A stretch of DNA of 64,000 bases, from assembly GCA_965116875.1 (NCBI GenBank), contig OZ220733.1:2944001-3008000 (forward strand). Direction: 5' to 3'. This DNA is from Candidatus Latescibacterota bacterium (GTDB lineage Bacteria > Latescibacterota > UBA2968 > GCA-2709665). The notes beneath the pieces were generated by a model. It had not been told where the DNA came from, did not search any database, and saw only the letters and a program-made list of their open reading frames with translations. Of this stretch, positions 45,751 through 55,645 are shown piece after piece; the stretch's first letter is position 1, and each line of letters opens with the position of its first letter. The position numbers were made by a program, and so were the translations under genes.

Positions 45751-46958
45751 GGCGACTCGTCCGTCTCCGTCTGGACGGACATTCCCTCCGTGGCGAACTG
45801 GATCCCGCCGGTGATTACCGCCTGACCGTGTACCAGCGTACCTGTCACGTACACTTCATCGTTGGCGCGCTGCAATACCCGGACCGGAACGATGTTCACA
45901 ACGCCGCCTTTCACCATCCAGATCTCGTTTCCGGGTCTCAGTGATGCCCGCGGTACTTTGAAATAGCCCTCCAGCGCCAGGCCATCGATTTTCACCCGGA
46001 CGAATCCGCCTACCAATAACGGTGGATTGCCACCCGGACTGCCGATTCCATTCGACGCAACGCCCGCGGAAAACGGATCCGGAACGCGCACGATGACGTT
46101 GATGGTGCGTGATTGCTCGTCCAGGGCCGCCTCGGCCCGATCCACGAAACCTTCCCATTCATAATTCGCATCGCCGTACCGGGCAACCACCCGGGCGGCC
46201 GCGCCACGATTCCAGTCACCGGCCTTCAGACGCCACAGGTCCGGGATCAGGGCCGCGTCGCTTTCGGGCAGGGGTACGACCACTTCCACCGCATCGGAGG
46301 CGAAGAGCCGTCCCACCGGCTGGCCGGGATTGACGACCTGACCCACGTCCACGGTTTCCTCGCGCACACGGCCGTTGAAAGGCGCGGTTATCCTGGTTCT
46401 GGACAGGGCGAGCCTGGCGTCGGCAAGCCTGGCCTCGTCGCGACTCAGCGCGGCGGTTGCCGCGTTCAACTGGGGCTCTCTCAGCGTGAGAGGACTCGTA
46501 TCGGAAGGCGACGCCGGATTTCCCTTCTGTCCCGCATAAGACTCATACTGCGAGCGGGCAATCGACGCCTGTTCCTGTTCCCGGAGCAACGCCACCCGGC
46601 TGGCCGCGAGAATGGCCTCCGCTTCCTGCACCCTGAACCGATAGTGGACCTCTTCGATTCGGAACAGGCGCTGTCCGGCCGTCACCCGGCCCCCGCTCTT
46701 GAATCCCGGATCCACCCAGACCACCCGGCCGCCCACTTGAGGAACGATATCGACCTCCGCGCCGGGCCGAACGGTACCGGAACCGAATACCGGTATGGGC
46801 CCGGATCCGGCCGCAACCCGACCCGTCTGCACGAACGGTATCTGGGGAGGCTGTTCGATCCGCGTCGGTTCGGGCGACAGTAACCCCAGAAGGGCAGCCA
46901 GACCCACTGAAAACACGACAATGGCGACGGAAATCAGAATGCTGGATGTACGGGACAT
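45747..46958 (-). CDS. RND periplasmic adaptor (MFP)
   Basis: IVPQVGGRV, TRITAPFNGRV, VDVGQVVNPG, VPRASLR. Confidence 0.92.
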   Translation of the reverse strand: MSRTSSILISVAIVVFSVGLAALLGLLSPEPTRIEQPPQIPFVQTGRVAAGSGPIPVFGSGTVRPGAEVDIVPQVGGRVVWVDPGFKSGGRVTAGQRLFRIEEVHYRFRVQEAEAILAASRVALLREQEQASIARSQYESYAGQKGNPASPSDTSPLTLREPQLNAATAALSRDEARLADARLALSRTRITAPFNGRVREETVDVGQVVNPGQPVGRLFASDAVEVVVPLPESDAALIPDLWRLKAGDWNRGAAARVVARYGDANYEWEGFVDRAEAALDEQSRTINVIVRVPDPFSAGVASNGIGSPGGNPPLLVGGFVRVKIDGLALEGYFKVPRASLRPGNEIWMVKGGVVNIVPVRVLQRANDEVYVTGTLVHGQAVITGGIQFATEGMSVQTETDESP

Positions 46959-46964
46959 GACGAT

Positions 46965-48494
46965 CTACTCCATCGGTGGTCGGGAGATGCTCCCCCCCGG
47001 CGGTTCCTGGCCGAAGGCCTGGCGGGCGTCGGGGGTCCACGCGCCGCCCAGCGCCCGGTGAAGGGCAAGCCGGGCAAGACCCAGATCGCGTTCCGCCGTC
47101 GAGAGTAAGGACAGCGCGGTCAACCGCATCTGCATTGCGGAAAGCAAAGCCTCATAGTCGACCACACCCGAAACGTACCGCTGTTCCTGCAGCAATTCCT
47201 CCGCTTGAGCCGCATTCGATCGAGCCGTCAGCAGCGAATGGCGCCGGCGGCTGGCCTCCAGCCCGGCAAGGGCGGCTTCAACCTCGTTGACGGCGGTGAT
47301 CACGGATCTCCCGTAGGCCGCGACGGCGCCTTTCAGTCCGGCTTTCGCAAGCGCAAGATTACCGCGAAGCCGGGTTCCCTGGAATACGGGTCCCAGCAGG
47401 TTCATGCTCAGATTCCGGAACCATTGCTCCGGGTTGAACCACTCGCTCGACTCCGTACTCTGCAGCCCGATGGATCCGTGAAGGGACAGTCTCGGCGCCA
47501 GGTCCGCGCGGCGGGCGCCAACCTGGAATCGGGCCGCTTCCATCCGCTGCCTCGCCGCGATAACGTCCGGACGCTGCATCAGCATACGGGTTGGAATACC
47601 CGGTGGAACGGGCTGAAGGTCGCCGTCGCCGGCCGGGGAATCGGACATCAACCGCGCGAGGTCCACACGGTGGTCTCCCATAAGCACCCGGAGCCGGCCC
47701 TCGGCATTGGCCAGCAGCGCTTCGATCTGCGGGAGTCCGGCCTGTGCGCCGCGCGCATCCTGCCGCGCCCTGAGGAGGACGCTCACGTCGGTCAGCCCGC
47801 GGTCGTAGCGGGACTCGGCCAGCGACTCTCGTTGTCCGGACACCTCCGCCATATCGGATGCCAGCGTCCGTTGCCGGCGCAGGTTGACGATTTCAAGGTA
47901 GGTCCGGACGGTTTCGGCCAGAACGCCCATCCTGGCCGTCATATAGTCCGCCTCGGATGCAAGGCGCTCGGCGCCCGCGGCCAGACCGTCGTTCCGGTTC
48001 CTGCCCCAGAAATCCAGTTCGTAGGCGAACTCCACACCGGCCGTGTAGGTCGTCAGCCCGAGTCGTTCCGGGAGCGTGATTCCCGGCACGCCGGCTGCTC
48101 CCGAACCGACTCCCAGTTCGTCCAGCTGGGCGCCGATTCCCGCGTTGGTGGGCGCGTCGAACTCGTTGACGCCGGCTGTTGGCTGAATGGATGGAAAAAG
48201 GGGCGCCCTGGCGATACGTGCCCGCGCTCTTGCCTGTTCGACGCGAGCGACCGCGGCGGCCAGGTCGAAGTTCGATGCCAGCACGCCCTCGATGATCCTG
48301 TTCAGGGCCGGGTCGGCGAACGTCTTCCACCATTCCCGCCGCTGGATGGAACCGGCGGACTCATTTCCGTCGGATTCGTCGTTCAGCGCCACGACCGATT
48401 CGGCGACCGGCGGCGCTGAACGCGGCGCCAGGGTGCAGCCGGAGACGAGAAAGCCGAGAAAAGCGGTTGTCAGTGGTTTCAGCGAATGAGACAT
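46965..48494 (-). CDS. Outer-membrane efflux lipoprotein (NodT/TolC family)
   Basis: Lipobox LVSGC, WWKTFADPAL, YELDFWGR, RPDVIAA, LHRALGGAW. Confidence 0.92.
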   Translation of the reverse strand: MSHSLKPLTTAFLGFLVSGCTLAPRSAPPVAESVVALNDESDGNESAGSIQRREWWKTFADPALNRIIEGVLASNFDLAAAVARVEQARARARIARAPLFPSIQPTAGVNEFDAPTNAGIGAQLDELGVGSGAAGVPGITLPERLGLTTYTAGVEFAYELDFWGRNRNDGLAAGAERLASEADYMTARMGVLAETVRTYLEIVNLRRQRTLASDMAEVSGQRESLAESRYDRGLTDVSVLLRARQDARGAQAGLPQIEALLANAEGRLRVLMGDHRVDLARLMSDSPAGDGDLQPVPPGIPTRMLMQRPDVIAARQRMEAARFQVGARRADLAPRLSLHGSIGLQSTESSEWFNPEQWFRNLSMNLLGPVFQGTRLRGNLALAKAGLKGAVAAYGRSVITAVNEVEAALAGLEASRRRHSLLTARSNAAQAEELLQEQRYVSGVVDYEALLSAMQMRLTALSLLSTAERDLGLARLALHRALGGAWTPDARQAFGQEPPGGSISRPPME

Positions 48495-48800
48495 GCCGGT
48501 GAACCGAAGCCAATCGACCCGGCGCTTCGGGAGGCGCCACGTCGTTTTCTGAACGTCCAGTCGAGCTTCGCGATGAAACAGTCCCGGCGGCAATGCCATG
48601 CGAGACCGCAACTTTCCATACGAAAATCTGCCCATCTTGTCAAATTAAAAATCGGATTCGGGGTCCCCATAGGCCGTCTTCCGGAGCGTGCCAGGGCGAG
48701 CCTTTTTCCTTGAATTAGTCGTTGCCAATCGTGGGTTTTCTTCATACCTTGCCGGGCCTGTACCTCGTTTTTCTCCATTTCCATGGGAGGGTAGGACGTT

Positions 48801-50762
48801 GTGGAAGCCAAACTGATCTGGTTGCTGATATTTGTGGGCCTGTACTGGGCCTATTGTCTTTTCTGGGGGTTTCGGGGGGCCCTGCGGTCGCGCACGTCCG
48901 CGGATTATTTCGTGGCCGGCCGGAGCATTGGAATCTGGGTCTTCGTGCTGGCCGCCACGGCCACCAGCTTCTCGGGCTGGACCTTCGTGGGGCATCCGGG
49001 TCTCATTCTGGAGGCCGGCCTTCCCTATGCGTTCGCTTCCTTCTATGCGCTGACGATCCCGTTTACCGGCGTGCTCTTTCTTCGGCGCCAATGGCTCATC
49101 GGGCGGGCATTTCAGCATATCACCCCCGGCGAGATGTATTCCCACTACTACGGCGGCGATACCATCCGGCTATTGACAGTTCTGGTGGCATTTCTGTTCA
49201 GCGTGCCGTATCTGGGTGTCCAGCTTCGCGCCTCGGGGTTTTTGTTCAACGTGCTCTCCGACAACCTGCTGAGCGTGGAAGTGGGTATGTTCGCCCTTTC
49301 CGCCATCGTGATGATCTACGTGGCCGCCGGAGGGCTTCGATCGGTGGCCTACGTGGACTGCGCGCAGTGCATCCTTCTGGCGTTCGGAATCGTTGCGCTG
49401 GGTTTCGTGGCCATCCACTTTGCCGGCGGATGGACCGCATTTACGGACGGAATCGGGAATCTCGTCCGGCAGGACCTCGTGTCCGGCAATGAGCTAACGC
49501 CGGCGGGGCATTCCCGTTACGTGGCGTTGCCCGGCTCAATCCAGGTTGTTTCCGAGGGGTCGAAAGCGGTTGGCGGCGTCTGGACCGGCATGATGTGTAT
49601 GACCTATATGTTCGCGCTGATGGGCATTCAATCTTCCCCCGCGTTTTCCATGTGGGCTTTTTCCAACCGTACCAGCGAACCCTTTCGCTGGCAGCAGGTG
49701 GTGGCGTCCTCGGTGATCATCGGCATCATCCTGTTTACGTTCACCATTTTTCAGGGCCTGGGCGGTAACGTACTGCTGGCCAACGGAGTTTTCGAAGAGG
49801 TGAGCCGCCCGGAACTGGTGCCCCAGTTGATCAACCTGCTGGCGGACAGCTATCCGTGGCTGGTGGGACTGCTTGCCGTTTGCGCGCTGGGGGCCATGCA
49901 GAGTACGGGGGCGGCATACATGTCCACGTTCAGCGGGATGGTGACACGGGACCTCTACCGGCGTTATGTTTCGCCAGATGCTTCGGACAGCACGCAGAAG
50001 CTCTACGGCCGCATTTTCGTGATCGTCGTTACGCTTGCGGCGCTGATCGTGGCGGCCAGGTCCACGCAGGCGATCGTGATGCTGGGCGGGCTGGCCGTGG
50101 CGTACGGATTCCAGATGTATCCGGCGCTGATGGGGCTTTGTTATTTCCGTTTCTTTACCCGCAAGGGGGTGGTATGGGGGCTGGTGGCCGGACTGGCAGC
50201 GGTGACGCTTACCGACCGCACGGTCAGCGAGGTGCTTCCCGTGATCATGGGATTTGTGAAACTGTTCCTGCCGGACCGCATCGCTTCCACCGTCAGCGAC
50301 ACGCCCTGGGGTGCGTACCCGCTGACGATTCACAGCGCGGGCTGGGGTATCTTCTTCAATATGCTGGTTGCCGTTCTTGTATCGTACCTGCGGCCTGAAA
50401 CCGGGGAGGACCGGGAGAGAAAAGCGGACCATCACCGCTTCGTTCAGGCTGTCTCGGGTATTTCGCAGGATCGGCGCAGGCATGTACCCCTGGCCTGGCT
50501 GCTCACTGTGGCCTGGTTCCTCGTGGGCTTCGGGCCCTTTGCCGTGGTCGGCAACTCGCTGTTCGGCGACCCCAACGTTCCCGCGACGTGGGGGCCGTTC
50601 GGGCTGCCATCGCTGTGGATCTGGCAGTTGTTGATGCTCGGCTTCGGCATCTTCGTCATGTGGTACCTGGCGTTTTACGTGGGGCTTTCCAGGTCGATCC
50701 CGCCCGAAAAGGTGGAGGAGGCGCGAAAGACGCACCTGGCGGAACCGGACGACGCGACCTGA
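48801..50762 (+). CDS. Sodium:solute symporter family protein
   Basis: DYFVAGR, ATSFSGWTF, GGLRSVAYVD, many TM helices. Confidence 0.92.
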   Translation: MEAKLIWLLIFVGLYWAYCLFWGFRGALRSRTSADYFVAGRSIGIWVFVLAATATSFSGWTFVGHPGLILEAGLPYAFASFYALTIPFTGVLFLRRQWLIGRAFQHITPGEMYSHYYGGDTIRLLTVLVAFLFSVPYLGVQLRASGFLFNVLSDNLLSVEVGMFALSAIVMIYVAAGGLRSVAYVDCAQCILLAFGIVALGFVAIHFAGGWTAFTDGIGNLVRQDLVSGNELTPAGHSRYVALPGSIQVVSEGSKAVGGVWTGMMCMTYMFALMGIQSSPAFSMWAFSNRTSEPFRWQQVVASSVIIGIILFTFTIFQGLGGNVLLANGVFEEVSRPELVPQLINLLADSYPWLVGLLAVCALGAMQSTGAAYMSTFSGMVTRDLYRRYVSPDASDSTQKLYGRIFVIVVTLAALIVAARSTQAIVMLGGLAVAYGFQMYPALMGLCYFRFFTRKGVVWGLVAGLAAVTLTDRTVSEVLPVIMGFVKLFLPDRIASTVSDTPWGAYPLTIHSAGWGIFFNMLVAVLVSYLRPETGEDRERKADHHRFVQAVSGISQDRRRHVPLAWLLTVAWFLVGFGPFAVVGNSLFGDPNVPATWGPFGLPSLWIWQLLMLGFGIFVMWYLAFYVGLSRSIPPEKVEEARKTHLAEPDDAT

Positions 50763-50841
50763 TTCGTGCCTCAGGATTAAGAATAGTAAGGTCATTTCAT
50801 ACAGGGCGCAAATCCACACATGTGAATGTGGATTGTGATCG

Positions 50842-50876
50842 AAAAAAGGACGGGTTCCCGCGGAGCCCGTCCTTTT
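50842..50876. terminator. Bidirectional intrinsic terminator
   Basis: AAAAGGACGGGTTCC-CGC-GGAGCCCGTCCTTTT between convergent genes. Confidence 0.8.
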
Positions 50877-50907
50877 CTGCTTTCTGAATACGCTGACCTG
50901 AAGAAGC

Positions 50908-53235
50908 CTACGGCAGCAACTCCGGTCCTCGTTCGTCTTCCCAATCCATACGCACGCGGTCCCGCCCGCCGCCGGTATGGTCGATACTGACGGTCCACAC
51001 GTTCGCGCGCCGGACGGTTTTCGTCGTGATTCCGGCGGTGACGCGGTCCGCGCCGAAGGGGTATATCACGTACCCTGTCCGGAACGGGAGCCGCGCCCGT
51101 CTCCTATATATGGCCACCGGCGCCGGCACGTCCTGTCCGCTGACCGCCAGCCAGCCCTGGACCGGGTCGTGCCGGCCGCAGACCGTCCGGGGCTTCATCC
51201 GGGTCAAAGGAAGCAGTTCCAGGTTGGGTGCGTCCATGCGCCCCGTCCGGACGGCGCCCGTATCCGGATCGATGAGCAGACGGAACGGCATGAAGTGGAA
51301 CAATGCCTCGTACGTATGGCTGCCTTCGCCTGTCAGTTCATCGAAGACGATGAAATAATCCGGTTTGACGAAAATCACCGCACGGCGATGCCGGACCGCC
51401 GCATCCAGATCCGCGTAGGCCGCGTCGTAGCTCGCAGCGGCAACGTCGGATCGGTCGTCCGAATTCCAGAACGTGGAATCGTGGGCGGACCGGGTCCATT
51501 CATCGATGGTCTGACTTCGGCCGCGGGCCTGCGCGCAGCCGTCGACAAGGACGGTATTGTGGGCCTGCGTGGTCGTATAGAACCGGGTCCACGGGTTGGT
51601 GTAGTACGAGGCGATGCCCGGATCCACGATGTACGGCGTGCCATGGGCGTAGACTTCGATGCTGAGTTTGTCCTCGTGCTGGTGCCAGCGGCCGTAGGGT
51701 CCTCCCTCGAAGAACAGATACCGGGCGTCGCGGTCCCAGCCGCTGCGCATGATGAAGTAGCCCGAGTCGCGCAGGGCGATCGAATGGTAGTCCGGCGGCG
51801 CGCCCTCGCGGCCTTCGGTGCCCACCCAAACGGCGGCGGGATTGTCGAAAATACGGCCCGGGCACGCCAGCGAGTCTCCGTATTTCGAGTCCATGCTTCC
51901 GGCATCGGAAACAGAGGGGTGGGTGAAGTCCGGGCGGGTGATGGCCACGCACCAGTCGAACATCGATCGAATGCCGGCTTCCAGTTCCGGGTCGATCGGA
52001 TGGTTGAATTTTCGCGCAACCCGAAATGACTCGAGAAACCAGGTGGCAATGCTCATCTGGTAACCGGGCGTCAGCTCGTAAGAAGCCCCGTCGGGCATCA
52101 CCTGGATGCGCATGTCCTCCAACAGCCGGCGATACCCTTCTTCGCGCCAGCTCGCTGCGTCCCTGAATTCGGGAAAGGCACAGCCCAGAGCCGCAATGGT
52201 CCGGGCTTCGGCGATGGTTTTGTTCGAGGGTGGGAAGGATTCGAAGCGCAGCAGACAGGCCTGGTGCTCGTAGATGGACTTGAGCATGTCGATGATCGTG
52301 GCGTCACCGGTTTCCGGACATGCGCAGAGTACGCGGAAAACGTCCACGAGTGTGCTGAACGGCCGGATGGCCGCCACAAGCGAATGGCCCCACGGGAATC
52401 CGCCGGCGCGAAGGCCGCGGGGGACCGGACAGCGCCGCATCCAGTCCGCGATGTATCGCTCGATGCCCTTCGCGTATTTCGCGTCTCCGGTCTGCCAGAA
52501 CGCGTCTATCGCCGGCCTCAGGAACAGGAGATAGTGAATGGCCAGCGTCCATTCGATGTAGCCGGTGGGATTGGCTTCCCAGTCGATCTCCGCCGACCAG
52601 TCCTGTCCCAGCACCCTGCCTTCCAGCACGCGGTCGGCCTGATCCGGATCGGTATTCGGCTCTTGTTCGCTCGGGACCAGTTCCCGGTCGAAGCCGCTGG
52701 ACCGGAAATACCTTGCAACCTCCGAAAGCGTAGATCCGCTCGGCGCGGCCTTCAGAAACTCCAGGCCGGTGTGGTCCGGATTCAGCGCGGCGATGAGGGC
52801 TTCATCCGTCATCCGCGGGCCGGGCGTTATTGCCCGTTCCACTAGGCGAATATTGCGAAACCGGCTGCCCTGGGGCCCCTCAATCGATGCCGATCGCATC
52901 TGTTGCCATCCCGAAGGAATCCCCTGCGTATAGAAACACTCGGCTGGGATCCGGAACTCCCGCCAGCCCTCCCAGATGTTTCCGCCGCGAGGCGAGACGA
53001 TGGCGTGGAACAGATAGCCGTCGTCCTCACTCATGCCCTCGGTGCGATGGCCCGACGTCATCCGGCACCAGAGCAGTCCGTTCGCGCCAGGCGGCAGAAA
53101 GACGTCGGCGCGAATCTCGTTTGACCGCCGCCAGTCCCCCGTATCCACCGGCAGGTCGACGTTTTCTTCGCGCTCGGATTCAAAAAGAAGCTGCTCCGAG
53201 ACGACCGTATCGTCCTTAAACTTCGCGAGGTCCAT
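50908..53235 (-). CDS. Heparinase II/III-like polysaccharide lyase
   Basis: DGASYELTPGYQ, SGYFIMRSGW, HQHEDKLS, IVDPG, AHNTVLVDG, KPDYFIVFDEL. Confidence 0.88.
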   Translation of the reverse strand: MDLAKFKDDTVVSEQLLFESEREENVDLPVDTGDWRRSNEIRADVFLPPGANGLLWCRMTSGHRTEGMSEDDGYLFHAIVSPRGGNIWEGWREFRIPAECFYTQGIPSGWQQMRSASIEGPQGSRFRNIRLVERAITPGPRMTDEALIAALNPDHTGLEFLKAAPSGSTLSEVARYFRSSGFDRELVPSEQEPNTDPDQADRVLEGRVLGQDWSAEIDWEANPTGYIEWTLAIHYLLFLRPAIDAFWQTGDAKYAKGIERYIADWMRRCPVPRGLRAGGFPWGHSLVAAIRPFSTLVDVFRVLCACPETGDATIIDMLKSIYEHQACLLRFESFPPSNKTIAEARTIAALGCAFPEFRDAASWREEGYRRLLEDMRIQVMPDGASYELTPGYQMSIATWFLESFRVARKFNHPIDPELEAGIRSMFDWCVAITRPDFTHPSVSDAGSMDSKYGDSLACPGRIFDNPAAVWVGTEGREGAPPDYHSIALRDSGYFIMRSGWDRDARYLFFEGGPYGRWHQHEDKLSIEVYAHGTPYIVDPGIASYYTNPWTRFYTTTQAHNTVLVDGCAQARGRSQTIDEWTRSAHDSTFWNSDDRSDVAAASYDAAYADLDAAVRHRRAVIFVKPDYFIVFDELTGEGSHTYEALFHFMPFRLLIDPDTGAVRTGRMDAPNLELLPLTRMKPRTVCGRHDPVQGWLAVSGQDVPAPVAIYRRRARLPFRTGYVIYPFGADRVTAGITTKTVRRANVWTVSIDHTGGGRDRVRMDWEDERGPELLP

Positions 53236-53272
53236 GGATTGTCCCTTTCGCGCAAGCGGTATCAAATCCACT

Positions 53273-53947
53273 TCAAGTGATACGAAGACACTCAACATTC
53301 GTCCGCACTACAACCGTACCGGCGATAAAATCATGTACCGCCCGACGCTTATCATTCGTGAGCATAGTAACGCATTCTGCAACCCACCAGGCCAGTACGA
53401 CGACAGACGTCCACATCTCACGTGAAGTCGTTGCATCGGTATCAGTTTCGGCGCCAGTTAGCAACTCACCAATGGGTAATCCCACTAAGAATCGATACGA
53501 CTCGTAAATAAGTAAGGGGGCCAAGATAAGCAATGGGATGCTGTCTCGGATCAAAGCATGTTTAAAAGTTATCGGTTCCTCGGTTTTTGCATCAACAACC
53601 CTTACGTATGTAGAACGCTTCCCGACAGTTTGTCCAAATCGACCATGCATATAAATTGTATAAACCCACCAATAAGCAGTATTCACTACCAAGACAATCA
53701 CGAAAAACCAACGCATATTCGCCCAGAATGAAACCTCTAGAGTAACATAGTATTGTAGAATCAAGGTAACTGGAAAGAGCACCACTCCATCAGTATAACT
53801 TGCCCATAGTCGAGGCCAGAAGGTTCGATATTTCTGGTCAGGATAAGCAGAATATCCCTTATAGAATCGCCAAGTATACAATGGAACAACAAGAAGTGAC
53901 ATACCAAAAGCTGCAAGAAATACGAACGCAAAAAAAGCAAATATCAT
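53273..53947 (-). CDS. RDD family membrane protein (low GC)
   Basis: FWPRLWA..D, GQTVGK, ALIR, KRRAVHDFIAGTVVV. RBS AGGAGG. Confidence 0.88.
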   Translation of the reverse strand: MIFAFFAFVFLAAFGMSLLVVPLYTWRFYKGYSAYPDQKYRTFWPRLWASYTDGVVLFPVTLILQYYVTLEVSFWANMRWFFVIVLVVNTAYWWVYTIYMHGRFGQTVGKRSTYVRVVDAKTEEPITFKHALIRDSIPLLILAPLLIYESYRFLVGLPIGELLTGAETDTDATTSREMWTSVVVLAWWVAECVTMLTNDKRRAVHDFIAGTVVVRTNVECLRIT

Positions 53948-54152
53948 ATATGCCTCCTGGTCCCACTCCCAAGATCATATGTAATTTCCACCCAGACAAG
54001 ATTTTATTTTACTACCCTGACAATGTTGAAAAAGACAGGCTGATATGTATCCGGGCGGCCCGGTTACGCCGACTGGTCGGGCAGCTTTCGAACCTGCCTC
54101 CGCTGTGCCCTTTCACGCCAGGACGTCGCCAAGCCCGGCTTGAACACGGGGG

Positions 54153-54180
54153 TTGACAACAGGACCGGGAAGGGTACATT
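54153..54180 (+). promoter_or_regulatory. Sigma70-like promoter upstream of hemB
   Basis: TTGACA-16 bp-TACATT. Confidence 0.45.
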
Positions 54181-54240
54181 CAGATTGTGCGTGGATTGGC
54201 ATCCCGCGCCGCATTTTGCTCTTTTTGCTCTTTGTTTCCG

Positions 54241-54359
54241 ATCCTGCTAATCCTGGTCCGTTTTGGTCTTGCTTTTGGTTCTTAATCCTGTTAATCCTGC
54301 TAATCCTGTGAATCCTGATCCGGTTTGGCCTTTCTCCTGTCCATCCTGTCTATCCATGT
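54241..54359. repeat. Degenerate 9-mer tandem repeats (AATCCTGnn)
   Basis: AATCCTGTT AATCCTGCT AATCCTGTG AATCCTGAT and related units. Confidence 0.7.
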
Positions 54360-54388
54360 AAGTTTGCGTTTTTGAGAGAAGAGGTCAT

Positions 54389-55381
54389 ATGGAACTGACC
54401 TATCGACCCCGGCGGTTGAGGCGCACGGAACCCATACGGACCCTGGCGAGGGAGACCGTACTGAACGTCGGGGACCTGATCTATCCCATGTTCGTGACGG
54501 AAGGCGCCAACGTTCGCGAAGCCATCGACTCGATGCCCGGGCAGTTCCGGTTCTCTGTCGACGAACTCGTTCGGGAATGCGAGACGGTGTACGGCCTGGG
54601 CATCTGCGGCGTGAATCTGTTCGGCTATTCGGAGGAAAAGGACGAGCGCGCCACGATGGCGTACGCGCCGGATGGTTTGATCCAGAGGGCGGTCCGGGCA
54701 CTGAAGGCGGCGCTGCCTGATCTCTGCGTTCAGACGGACGTGGCGCTGGACCCCTACACCACGCACGGACACGACGGCCTGCTGATCGACGGCGAGATCG
54801 CCAACGACGAGAGCGTCGGGGTGCTGTGCAGAATGTCGCTTTCTCACGCCGAGGCGGGCGTGGACTGGGTGACCCCGTCGGACATGATGGACGGCAGAAT
54901 TGGCGCCGTCCGGGTGGCGCTGGACGACCATGGATTCAGCAATGTGGGCATCATGGCCTATTCCGCCAAATACGCATCCTGCTTCTACGGACCGTTTCGG
55001 GGCGCGCTCAAGTCCGCGCCCGTAAAGGCGCAAGGCGTCCCTGAGGACAAGAAGACGTACCAGATGGATCCCGCCAATATCCGGGAGGCGATGAAGGAAA
55101 TCACGCTGGATATCGAGGAAGGGGCGGACGTGGTGATGGTGAAACCCGCACTGCCGTACCTGGACGTCATCTCGAGCGCGCGGCAGAGCTTCGAAACGCC
55201 GATCGCGGCCTACAACGTGTCCGGCGAATACGGGATGGTCCTCGCGGCCGCCGACCGGGGCTGGGTGGAGAAGGAGCGCGCTATGGTCGAAACGCTGACG
55301 TCCATCAAACGGGCGGGCGCAGATATGATCCTGACCTACTTCGCCGTTGAAATGGCGCAATTGTTGAAGAATGCGACATAG
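54389..55381 (+). CDS. hemB: Porphobilinogen synthase (Asp-type, non-Cys metal site)
   Basis: RPRRLR, DVALDPYTTHGHDG, PSDMMDGR, YSAKYASCFYGPFR, MVKP, AYNVSGEY. Confidence 0.97.
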   Translation: MELTYRPRRLRRTEPIRTLARETVLNVGDLIYPMFVTEGANVREAIDSMPGQFRFSVDELVRECETVYGLGICGVNLFGYSEEKDERATMAYAPDGLIQRAVRALKAALPDLCVQTDVALDPYTTHGHDGLLIDGEIANDESVGVLCRMSLSHAEAGVDWVTPSDMMDGRIGAVRVALDDHGFSNVGIMAYSAKYASCFYGPFRGALKSAPVKAQGVPEDKKTYQMDPANIREAMKEITLDIEEGADVVMVKPALPYLDVISSARQSFETPIAAYNVSGEYGMVLAAADRGWVEKERAMVETLTSIKRAGADMILTYFAVEMAQLLKNAT

Positions 55382-55432
55382 GCGTCTCTCAGGCGCGTCA
55401 CGCGTGGAAAAACCGGATAAAGCAGAATTCCC

Positions 55433-55461
55433 TTGACAGGGCATTGAGAATTCGATATCGT
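55433..55461 (+). promoter_or_regulatory. Sigma70-like promoter of the trpS leader
   Basis: TTGACA-17 bp-TATCGT. Confidence 0.55.
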
Positions 55462-55501
55462 TGACCGGTCATACACAATCCTGATGAAAAGGAAATTGAA
55501 A

Positions 55502-55579
55502 ATGGCGGCGCGCTGTGGAAATTCCGGAAGCTGGTGGCGGTACGACCTCAATCGTACCGGCCAGCTGACTGCGTGCTGA
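55502..55579 (+). CDS. TrpL-like leader peptide
   Basis: MAARCGNSGSWWRYDLNRTGQLTAC with TGG TGG at 55532-55537. AGGA upstream. Alternative in-frame ATG at 55484. Confidence 0.75.
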   Translation: MAARCGNSGSWWRYDLNRTGQLTAC

Positions 55580-55608
55580 ATCTGAGAATCGATTTTTTGA
55601 GATCAACG

Positions 55609-55638
55609 TCCCTGCCGGCCCCCGGCGGGGATTTTTTT
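55609..55638 (+). terminator. Attenuator terminator (3:4) upstream of trpS
   Basis: TCCCTGCCGG-CCC-CCGGCGGGGA followed by T7. Confidence 0.8.
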
Positions 55639-55645
55639 GGAGATT

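Noticed and set aside
54241-54359. CRISPR array (also considered for the REP clusters)
   Set aside because: Units are 9-mers or isolated hairpins without regular unique spacers, and no cas genes are present.
55440-55640. T-box riboswitch upstream of trpS
   Set aside because: No T-box consensus seen. The leader peptide with tandem Trp codons explains the structure.
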